Assembly (NCBI GenBank): GCA_021819035.1
Contig: JAKASL010000001.1
Span: 1,013,524-1,037,523, forward strand
Direction: 5' to 3'
Length of the DNA: 24,000 nt
From: an archaeon
Lineage (GTDB): Archaea > Thermoproteota > Nitrososphaeria > Nitrososphaerales > Gagatemarchaeaceae
The notes under the pieces: model-generated
What the model saw: only the letters and a program-made list of their open reading frames with translations
Told to the model about the DNA's origin: nothing
Database searches by the model: none
Part shown: positions 1-6,209 of the stretch, piece after piece
How positions within the stretch are numbered: the first letter of the stretch is position 1
Layout of the letters: the number at the start of each line of letters is the position of its first letter
Made by a program: the position numbers and the translations under genes

Positions 1-165
1 GGCTCTCAGGTTCGGGCCCCGGGCGAGCCGGTGCCCCTCTTCTTCCACTGCCACCCATGCCCTGAACTCCCCGGCGTTCTTGAGGGAGTCCAGATGCCCG
101 AAGGTCGCAGTCGTCCCCCTCGAAGCCACGACGTCGGAGTTCGAGACGAAATTGGGTCGCCCCAT
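1..165 (-). CDS. hypothetical protein, C-terminal part lies beyond the window edge (N-terminal 55 aa visible)
   Basis: Absent from the ORF track because there is no stop inside the window. Reverse-strand frame from ATG 165-163 reads MGRPNFVSNSDVVASRGTTATFGHLDSLKNAGEFRAWVAVEEEGHRLARGPNLRA to the edge, mostly with G/C-ending codons. No family recognised. Confidence 0.3.
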   Translation of the reverse strand, partial: MGRPNFVSNSDVVASRGTTATFGHLDSLKNAGEFRAWVAVEEEGHRLARGPNLRA

Positions 166-278
166 CAGTCCCACTTCCGCGAGAAGAGAGCCCTCAGGTC
201 CGCCTTCTCCAGCCCTTTGTATTCGTCTTTTACGTCCAGGGCGAAGGCGGGAACGCCGTTATCAGACGGAGCGGACAT
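165..278 (-). CDS. small hypothetical ORF (37 aa), apparently translationally coupled to the downstream ORF
   Basis: Reverse-strand ATG at 278 to TGA at 167-165 gives MSAPSDNGVPAFALDVKDEYKGLEKADLRALFSRKWD. The stop overlaps the next ATG (TGATG). Third positions are G/C-rich. Too short to assign. Confidence 0.25.
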   Translation of the reverse strand: MSAPSDNGVPAFALDVKDEYKGLEKADLRALFSRKWD

Positions 279-396
279 CCGGGCTGAATTTCGAAGTCCG
301 GGTGCCGACTATCCCATCCTCAGGTAGGCTGCGCCCGGAGCGGAAAGGACCCCCACATCAGGCCGGCACTTTTGGGGCGCCGGAGTTTGGGCACTA

Positions 397-406
397 GATT
401 ATTAAG
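397..406 (+). promoter_or_regulatory. TATA-like box for the antitoxin/toxin operon
   Basis: GATTATTAAG is an isolated A/T island in G+C-rich DNA, centred ~30 nt upstream of ATG 432. Other genes in the window show similar spacing. Confidence 0.5.
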
Positions 407-431
407 AAGGACAGGAACGAAGCCGCCAGTC

Positions 432-587
432 ATGGCCAGGGCTGTCGAGACCAAACAAGAACGTTCGCCCCCGCTCACCGAGGCCGAGGTCGAGGAGGCC
501 AGGGCGAGCCGGAAGGAGATCAGGGCGGGCAAAGCTAGAAGATTCGACAAAGTGCAGGACACGGCAAAGTGGCTAGACTCGGCCTAG
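432..587 (+). CDS. putative antitoxin of a RelE/ParE-type toxin-antitoxin pair (51 aa)
   Basis: ATG 432 lies inside track ORF 372..587: MARAVETKQERSPPLTEAEVEEARASRKEIRAGKARRFDKVQDTAKWLDSA. It is small, charged, and sits directly upstream of the toxin (stop 585-587, toxin start 589). Assignment rests on context rather than a recognised motif. Confidence 0.55.
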   Translation: MARAVETKQERSPPLTEAEVEEARASRKEIRAGKARRFDKVQDTAKWLDSA

Positions 588-588
588 A

Positions 589-858
589 TTGACCTGGATC
601 ATCGTCCTGACCCCGACTTTCAAACGGGGGTACAAGAGGAAAGACGAGAGGATGAAGGGGCGGGTCCTTGAGGCGATCCACGTCCTCTCGGCGTCCGAGG
701 ACCCGAGGAGGTTTGGGGTCCCCAAGCACGGACAGCTCAGAGGGACGTTCGCCTATGAGCTCGGCAGCTCTAGCAGGATCCTCTATGCGGTGGATTCACG
801 GACCAGGGAGATCCTGTTTCTCAGGACCTGCTCTCACGCCGAAGTATACAGAGAGTGA
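589..858 (+). CDS. RelE/ParE family toxin (mRNA interferase-like), 89 aa
   Basis: Track ORF with a TTG start 1 nt after the antitoxin stop. The N-terminus WIIVLTPTFKRGYKR and the C-terminal part LRGTFAYELGSSSRILYAVDSRTREILFLRTCSHAEVY match the RelE/ParE pattern (G.yR.r.gdyRiiY.....i.il.i.hR.evY). Confidence 0.75.
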   Translation: MTWIIVLTPTFKRGYKRKDERMKGRVLEAIHVLSASEDPRRFGVPKHGQLRGTFAYELGSSSRILYAVDSRTREILFLRTCSHAEVYRE

Positions 859-1041
859 GGGAGGCGTTAGGTTCGGGGAAGCGCTCGGCCCTCACCTAGA
901 GCATAGAGACGCCTGGCTGGATTAGAACAGGTCAATCCAAGCGACTAGAGACGGACCCCGACTATCTCGCTTTCGAACATGATGCCTCGACTCCGAGCCT
1001 TTCGACGTCCTTCCGAACCTCTTCTGATTCTTCGTAAGTTT

Positions 1042-1431
1042 TTAGGTCGTTATGACAAACTTGTACCCGTAGAAGATCTGCCCCGACTCCCCGTCCACCT
1101 TGGCCCTCCTCACGGTCGCCCTGACCTTTGCCCCCGACTTCACGGCCTCTGGTGGGGAGTCGACGATCTGGGTGAGCACCTTGGCTCCGTTGTCCAGCCT
1201 CACCACGGCGAGGTAGAAGGGGGACTGTGCCTCGAAGCCGGGGAGTGGCTCGTGCAGCAGGGTGTGGGTCAGTATCTTGCCTCTCCTGGGCATCTCCCTG
1301 TCTGCGATGTCCTCGGACCCGCACTTCTTGCACCTATAGACCGGCGGGAAGAACTCGGCCCCGCAGGCGCCGCAACGGCTGCCGATGAGCCGGTAGTACC
1401 TGTCCCTTATCCTCCAGTACTGGATGGCCAA
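1042..1431 (-). CDS. DUF35 OB-fold/zinc-ribbon protein (scaffold subunit of the archaeal thiolase/HMG-CoA synthase complex)
   Basis: 129 aa with a four-Cys zinc ribbon (CGACGAEFFPPVYRCKKCGS) followed by an OB-fold-like C-terminal half. Its start abuts the thiolase stop (1431/1432). Confidence 0.85.
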   Translation of the reverse strand: MAIQYWRIRDRYYRLIGSRCGACGAEFFPPVYRCKKCGSEDIADREMPRRGKILTHTLLHEPLPGFEAQSPFYLAVVRLDNGAKVLTQIVDSPPEAVKSGAKVRATVRRAKVDGESGQIFYGYKFVITT

Positions 1432-2595
1432 CTATGACACTCTCCCGAAGACGTGCACCGCGCTGGTGGAGTCCACCCCTCCTATGTTCTGGGTTGCGGC
1501 ATACTCCGCCCCCTCGACCTGGTTCTTCCCCGCTTTCCCGGTCAGCTGGAGGAACGCCTCGGCTATCTGGTACATCCCGGTAGCCCCCACAGGATGCCCC
1601 CTGGCCTTCAGCCCCCCGAAGGTGTTGATCGGGAGCTCGCCGCCCCGTGAGTACTTCCCTGCCTTGGCGTCCTTGGAGCCCTGGCCGCGCTTCGAGTACC
1701 CCATGGCCTCCAGGGAGAGCGCCCCGACGACAGAGAAAGCGTCGTGGACCTCCAACAGGCTGAGCTTCCCTGGCGCCACACCCGCCTCCGCCATGGCCCC
1801 TTTGAACGCCTCCCTCGTTGCCGCGAAGTCCAGCATGTCGTCCCTCTCGTACACGCTGAACTCGCTGGTCGCGATCTTCCCTCCCAGGACCTCCATGTAC
1901 CTCCCCTTGGTCCCCGCCAGGGCCCGGTCGTTCACGATCAGGACAGCCGCGGCGCCGTCCCCCACAGGTGCGCAGTCGAAGAGCCTCAGCGGGTCCGAGA
2001 TGAGGGCAGACCTGGACACCACGTCGGCCGTGATCGCCTTCCTGAACTGGGCGTGCTCGGCTGTGACGGCGTTGGCGTGGTCCAGGACAGGTATCGCGCT
2101 CAGCTCGTCTCTGGTGACGTTCTCCTGCTCCATGTAGAGGTTGGCCAGGAGGCCGTTCAGCGCTGCGAACGTCGCGCCGACGAACTGGGTGTACTCGGCC
2201 GACTCCGCCATGGCCAGGGCCCGGGACGCGTCCTCGGGCTCGAGGTCTCTCATCTTCTCTACCCCGACGACCAGGGCGCTATCTATCGCCCCCGACTTCA
2301 CCAGCTTGTACCCTATGTTGAAGGCCGAACCCCCAGAAGCGCAGGCAGCCTCCACCTTGAACGCCGGCGTCCCCCGGAGGCCCAGCGCGCTGGTCACCAG
2401 GGCCCCGAGGTGCTCCTGGCTCGCCCCCACGGCGCTGAACATGTTCCCCACTATCACCTGGTCGACCTTCTTCACTCCGAGCCCCGCCAGGGCCCCCCTC
2501 GACGCCTCCACGGCCAGGTCGAGGAGGGACTTCTCCCAGTGGTCCCCGATTGGGGTCAGTCCGACCGAGGCCACGTACGCCCTTTGTCCGCTCAC
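1432..2595 (-). CDS. acetyl-CoA acetyltransferase (archaeal thiolase)
   Basis: 387 aa with thiolase-fold motifs: catalytic Cys in KVEAACASGGSAF, EVHDAFS, GGLKARGHPVGATG. Lies between the HMG-CoA synthase and DUF35 genes. Confidence 0.9.
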   Translation of the reverse strand: MSGQRAYVASVGLTPIGDHWEKSLLDLAVEASRGALAGLGVKKVDQVIVGNMFSAVGASQEHLGALVTSALGLRGTPAFKVEAACASGGSAFNIGYKLVKSGAIDSALVVGVEKMRDLEPEDASRALAMAESAEYTQFVGATFAALNGLLANLYMEQENVTRDELSAIPVLDHANAVTAEHAQFRKAITADVVSRSALISDPLRLFDCAPVGDGAAAVLIVNDRALAGTKGRYMEVLGGKIATSEFSVYERDDMLDFAATREAFKGAMAEAGVAPGKLSLLEVHDAFSVVGALSLEAMGYSKRGQGSKDAKAGKYSRGGELPINTFGGLKARGHPVGATGMYQIAEAFLQLTGKAGKNQVEGAEYAATQNIGGVDSTSAVHVFGRVS

Positions 2596-2603
2596 ACGAT
2601 CGC

Positions 2604-3647
2604 CTACTTGTGCAGCTTGTCCCTGAACTTCGAGTATGTGGAGTAGTCGATCTTGGTGCTCCGCTCCAGCATCGACTTCACGGTGGGATTTATCCCCCTC
2701 GAGCCAGTGATCCCTTCCGAGACCTCAATGGAGAAGGCGTCCGAGCCCGCACCTGAGCCGAAGCTCGCCATGAGTATCTTGTCCCCGGGGCTGGCCTCGT
2801 CCAGGACCGCCGCCAGGCCTATTGGTGAGCTCCCCGAGTATGTGTTGCCTATCAGGGGGTTGAGGAGCCCGGTCTTGATCTGCTCCATCGTGAACCCCAG
2901 CCTGGATGCCACCTCGACCGGGAACCTCGGGTTCGGCTGGTGGAAGACCGCGTACTTGAAGTCCGAGGGCTTGTGCCCGGTCTCCTCGAAGAGGGTCCTG
3001 ACCGAGTTTTCGATGTGATAGAAGTACGCCGGCTCCCCGGTGAACCTGGACAGGTGCCTCGGGTACCTTTCGTGGGCCCTCCGCCAGAAGTCCCCGGTGT
3101 CTGAGACGAACGAGGTGCTGCAGTCTATGACAGCCAGCGCCTTCTTTGAATTCCTGCCTATCACATAGGCGGCCCCCCCGCTGGCCGCCGTGTACTCCAG
3201 GTCGTCCCCGGGCCTCCCCTGGGCGGTATCCATCCCGACTGCCAGCCCCGCCTCGATCATCCCCGACCCGACCAGCCCAGTCACTATCTGCATCGCCTCG
3301 GTCCCTGCCTTGCAGGCGAACTCCAGGTCCGCCGCCAGGGCGTGGTGCTGGCCCAGCGCCTGGGCGACCATCGTGCTGGAGGGCTTCACGGCGTAGGGCT
3401 TCGATTCCGTCCCCACGAAGACGGCCCCCAGCTTCTCCGCCCCGGCCATCTTCATGGCGTACCGCGACGCCTCGATGGCCATGGTCACGGTGTCCTCGTC
3501 TATGGAGGCCACGGCCTTCTCGACGTTCGGCCCTGAGCCTCCCCCCTTCCAGACGCGCGCTATCTCTGTCGTCGGGAGCCTGTAGTAGGGGACGTAGGCG
3601 CCGTACCCCAATATGGCTGCCTTATCCTTGCTCTGCATCAGGTACAA
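2604..3647 (-). CDS. hydroxymethylglutaryl-CoA synthase (archaeal type)
   Basis: 347 aa. Shows GTESKPY, active-site Cys in LEFACKAGT, FHQPN histidine motif and GNTYSGS. Only 8 nt separate it from the thiolase gene. Confidence 0.9.
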   Translation of the reverse strand: MYLMQSKDKAAILGYGAYVPYYRLPTTEIARVWKGGGSGPNVEKAVASIDEDTVTMAIEASRYAMKMAGAEKLGAVFVGTESKPYAVKPSSTMVAQALGQHHALAADLEFACKAGTEAMQIVTGLVGSGMIEAGLAVGMDTAQGRPGDDLEYTAASGGAAYVIGRNSKKALAVIDCSTSFVSDTGDFWRRAHERYPRHLSRFTGEPAYFYHIENSVRTLFEETGHKPSDFKYAVFHQPNPRFPVEVASRLGFTMEQIKTGLLNPLIGNTYSGSSPIGLAAVLDEASPGDKILMASFGSGAGSDAFSIEVSEGITGSRGINPTVKSMLERSTKIDYSTYSKFRDKLHK

Positions 3648-3674
3648 AGTGGTCAGGCCGGCGGACTTGAGCGG

Positions 3675-3684
3675 CTAATTAAAC
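3675..3684 (-). promoter_or_regulatory. TATA-like box of the HMGCS-thiolase-DUF35 operon
   Basis: The reverse strand reads GTTTAATTAG, centred ~32 nt upstream of ATG 3647. Confidence 0.5.
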
Positions 3685-3728
3685 TGTGAACAGCGGATAG
3701 GCAATCGACGAACCATGCGCCAGTGCGC

Positions 3729-3941
3729 TCAGATGGCCTTGATCTGCTTGACCACTGACGGCCTCGCCTTGCGGAAGACCCTGTACCCGCAGATGCACTT
3801 CACTTCGGGGAGCCTCGACAGCTCCTCCTGGGTGGTCTTGGTCCCGCACCTGACGCACTCGTAGACCGCGCCTGCGAAGACCTTGGCTGGCTGCTCTTTG
3901 GCCGTCGTCTCCGGGGCTGCTGCGGGGGCCGCTTCGCTCAA
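3729..3941 (-). CDS. rpoP: DNA-directed RNA polymerase subunit P (Rpo12/RpoP) with a short Ala/Pro-rich N-terminal extension
   Basis: The C-terminal 45 aa, YECVRCGTKTTQEELSRLPEVKCICGYRVFRKARPSVVKQIKAI, match the RpoP zinc ribbon (CxxC...CxC). The only canonical in-frame start near the core is TTG at 3941, ~30 nt from a TATA-like box. The rest of the 171-aa track ORF is R/P/A-rich junk running through that promoter box. Confidence 0.75.
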   Translation of the reverse strand: MSEAAPAAAPETTAKEQPAKVFAGAVYECVRCGTKTTQEELSRLPEVKCICGYRVFRKARPSVVKQIKAI

Positions 3942-3965
3942 TTCGCTGGGCCGCCTGCGGCCCCT

Positions 3966-3975
3966 CGTATTTCTA
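3966..3975. promoter_or_regulatory. TATA-like box (CGTATTTCTA), probably the rpoP promoter and possibly bidirectional
   Basis: Centred ~30 nt from TTG 3941 on the minus strand. The identical 10-mer recurs at 16904-16913, upstream of the cyclophilin gene on the plus strand. Confidence 0.5.
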
Positions 3976-3979
3976 TCTT

Positions 3980-4440
3980 GTGCCGCGAGGAACTGTAGGG
4001 GTGCTCGGCAACCCCAGGCCCCGCAGGGACCGAACCCTGGGAGTCGATGTTTCACCAGACCACCCGCGTCTGCGTCGCCAGCCAACGGTTTTGTATTTCT
4101 GGAGCTCGCTTTCGTCGAGTGGTACGGCTCGCCTTCGGCAGCTGCAGGAACTGCGGCCACGAGGTGGTCCTGCAGGGCGGAAGCTGGAAGCGCCACATAA
4201 CCCGCAGCGGCTTGCTCGGTCTCCCCCACCGGCCGACAGGACATGTGATGACGACGGACTGCAGGCGATGCTGTCCGTGCTCGTCACCGGCGCCCGACGA
4301 GTCGAGAGGGCGGAAGCCGAAGCTAGTCCTCCTCGGACGCCGCACCGACGGATAGCCCCGGAGGCGGCTCTGCGATGTCCAACGGCCGTCCGCGAAGGAC
4401 AGCCCCGGCCTGATCGGCTCTGCTCGCGGTCCTCCCACCA
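3980..4440 (+). ncRNA. unassigned ORF-poor, hairpin-dense region; candidate structured RNA(s), identity unresolved
   Basis: No ORF with a recognisable protein. CCGCGAG (3983-3989) can pair with CUCGCGG (4423-4429). A 55-nt hairpin with a GGAA tetraloop spans 4288-4342. The 11-mer AGGGCGGAAGC occurs twice, and an orphan GTATTTCT box preceded by T4 sits at 4089-4100. The 3' part resembles RNase P CR-IV/CR-V, but I found no CR-I. Strand and ends are tentative. Confidence 0.3.
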
Positions 4441-4466
4441 CCCCGACGTCCGGCCCTGCCCTGGCT

Positions 4467-5015
4467 CTACCTGAACGCCGCCCCGATGAGCTTCAGCTGA
4501 TAGTGTCTCGTCCTCTTCGATTCGGCCTCGTCGTTGGCCGAGGAGAGGTAGCCGTACTGGACCAGCCTCGCCCCTGACCTCAAGGCGTGCTTCAGTATCT
4601 CGATGTGTATCGTCATGTCCACGGCCTTCAGCGGCGGGAGGGACCTCATCAGGTCCAGGGACAGCCTGCAGAGGCCGCTCGTGGAGTCCCTGACCCGCCT
4701 CCTCTCCAGCAGGGAGAAGAAGAGCGAGAACGACTTGGACTGGATCCCGATGTTCTCCCTGTATGGCAGGACCAGGAACGGCCCTCCCCCGAAGTCCCCC
4801 GCCGCGAGCTTGGCTATCTCAACCGGAGGGTGGTATCCGTCCGTGTCAGCGGTGACGAGATCCATACCTCCCCGCATAGCCTCCGCTATCGCCTCCCTGT
4901 ATGCGTCGGCGTAGTTGGGCGTCTTGTTGACGTAGACCTCATACCTCTCGTCTGCTGGGACTGCTATCTTCGGCTCCCGCTCTGGGTGGCACATCAGGGA
5001 GACGAGTGCCTTCAT
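4467..5015 (-). CDS. compact glycosyltransferase family 2-like protein
   Basis: 182 aa. LVTADTDGYHPPVEIAKL resembles the GT2 DAD..H.P..I segment, and RDSTSGLCRLSLDLM resembles D.TSGFR.Y. It is much shorter than typical Dpm1-like GT2 enzymes. Lies 9 nt downstream of the DegT gene. Confidence 0.55.
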   Translation of the reverse strand: MKALVSLMCHPEREPKIAVPADERYEVYVNKTPNYADAYREAIAEAMRGGMDLVTADTDGYHPPVEIAKLAAGDFGGGPFLVLPYRENIGIQSKSFSLFFSLLERRRVRDSTSGLCRLSLDLMRSLPPLKAVDMTIHIEILKHALRSGARLVQYGYLSSANDEAESKRTRHYQLKLIGAAFR

Positions 5016-5024
5016 GCGCCCACG

Positions 5025-6137
5025 CTACAGGTGCTCGCGCGCTGCCGCCAGGAACGAGTCCGCGACAGTCTCGAGCTCTTCCTCGGTCAGCCCTGGGTGG
5101 CACGGGACCGAGAGGACGTGCCTGGCGGCGTCCTCGGTCACGGCCAGCTTCTTCTCGGCGTAGCCTAGCTCCCTGTAAAGCGGGGTCCTGTGCACCGGCG
5201 TCGGCCAGTAGACCGCCGACCCCACCCCGGCGGCCTTCAGGGCCTGCTGGACCTTGCCCCTGTTCTTCCTGAGGTGCAGTGTGTAGAGGTAGAAGGCGTG
5301 CGTCCTGTCGCCTGCGTCCTGGGTGAACTTCGCACCGCGGATTCCCGCCAGCCGCTCGCCGAGGTACTTCGCGTTCTTCGCCCTGGCCCTCAGGAACCCT
5401 TCCAGCCTGTCCATCTGGACAGACGCAAGGGCCGCGCTCACCTCAGGCATGCGGTAGTTGTACCCCAGGCATCTGGAGTCGTAGCCGTGGACCTGGCCGT
5501 GATTCCTGACAAGCCTGAGCCTGTCGGCGAGCCCGGCGTCGTCCGTCGATATGGCGCCCCCCTCCCCCGAAGTGACAACCTTGGTGGCGTACAGACTGAA
5601 GCACCCCGCGTCCGAGAGCTTTCCAGTCTGGGTCCCCCTGTAGGTCGCCCCCAGGGACTCGGCCGCGTCCTCGACCACCCATATTGACCTCGCCGCGGCG
5701 ATTTCACGTATCTCGTCCATGTCAGCCGGATAACCGTAGACGTGGACCGGTATGACCGCCTTCGTCTTCCTGGTCACCGCCTTCTTCAGGGCCTCCGGGT
5801 CCATGTTGTAGTCCTCCTTTACGTCGACGAATACCGGCTTTGCCCCGCATGCGAGGACGACGTTGGCTGTCGCCAGAAAAGTGAAGGAAGGGACGATCAC
5901 TTCGTCCCCGGACGCGACGCCGAGGGCCATCAGGACCGTGTGCAGGGCGGCGGTCCCGGAGTTCACGGCGACCGCGTCCCTCGTCCCGAGCAGACGCTTC
6001 ACCTTCCCCTCGAACTCCCTCACCCACGGCCCTCCCTCGTAGGACGCGTTGACCAGCATCCCTGAAGAGACGACGTCCAGGACGGCCTTCTTCTCTTCCT
6101 CCCCGATGAGTGGCTTGTTTACCGGGATGAAACCCAA
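5025..6137 (-). CDS. DegT/DnrJ/EryC1/StrS family PLP-dependent sugar aminotransferase
   Basis: Shows NSGTAALH, DEVIVPSFTFLATAN and the PLP-lysine motif SLYATKVVTSGEGGA. I prefer TTG 6137 (MGFIPVNKPLIGEEE..., the usual family N-terminus), which lies 31 nt from an A/T box. The track ORF extends to ATG 6203. Confidence 0.85.
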   Translation of the reverse strand: MGFIPVNKPLIGEEEKKAVLDVVSSGMLVNASYEGGPWVREFEGKVKRLLGTRDAVAVNSGTAALHTVLMALGVASGDEVIVPSFTFLATANVVLACGAKPVFVDVKEDYNMDPEALKKAVTRKTKAVIPVHVYGYPADMDEIREIAAARSIWVVEDAAESLGATYRGTQTGKLSDAGCFSLYATKVVTSGEGGAISTDDAGLADRLRLVRNHGQVHGYDSRCLGYNYRMPEVSAALASVQMDRLEGFLRARAKNAKYLGERLAGIRGAKFTQDAGDRTHAFYLYTLHLRKNRGKVQQALKAAGVGSAVYWPTPVHRTPLYRELGYAEKKLAVTEDAARHVLSVPCHPGLTEEELETVADSFLAAAREHL

Positions 6138-6162
6138 AGGCAGACGGGCCTGCCCTTGCTTC

Positions 6163-6173
6163 GCTTTTAAGTT
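6163..6173. promoter_or_regulatory. A/T box in the divergent DegT / GT-C spacer
   Basis: GCTTTTAAGTT is centred 31 nt from TTG 6137 (minus) and ~42 nt from TTG 6210 (plus). Confidence 0.45.
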
Positions 6174-6209
6174 CGGCACCCCCGCCGGGGCGCCCGGTTC
6201 CATAACAGC

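Noticed and set aside
100-278. Frameshifted peroxiredoxin/BCP-like pseudogene spanning the two minus-strand ORFs
   Set aside because: Only the loose pattern PAFAL...KW resembles redoxins. The expected FYP.D.TP.C active-site segment is absent. The TGATG junction is equally well explained by two coupled genes.
31-397. Plus-strand ORFs 31..327 (98 aa) and 80..397 (105 aa)
   Set aside because: The peptides are R/P/S-rich and low-complexity with no motifs. The opposite strand carries frames with better codon bias. These are typical antisense artefacts of G+C-rich DNA.
4024-4040. tRNA-like T-arm on the minus strand (CAGGG-UUCGGU-CCCUG)
   Set aside because: The loop has 6 nt rather than 7 and lacks A58. 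No complementary 5' acceptor strand (GGCCCCG) or D-arm could be found within a tRNA-sized distance. I found no convincing cloverleaf even when allowing an intron.
4245-4251. C-box-like GUGAUGA suggesting a C/D box sRNA
   Set aside because: No D box (CUGA) at the expected ~50-70 nt spacing, and no C'/D' pair. The nearest CUGA is ~160 nt away, at 4410-4413.
3980-4440. Firm call of RNase P RNA or SRP RNA for the gene-free region
   Set aside because: For RNase P, the CR-IV/CR-V-like 3' segment and a possible P4 (CAGGCC/GGCCUG) are present, but the near-invariant GAGGAAAGUCC with its J3/4 adenosines is absent. For SRP, GGAA-tetraloop hairpins exist, but the helix-8 loop symmetry (AGG/AGCA) and the Alu-domain order do not fit. 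The minus strand also gave partial look-alikes (GAGCAAG, ACAAAACCGUUGGCU), so by-eye matches are unreliable here. I kept it as unassigned.
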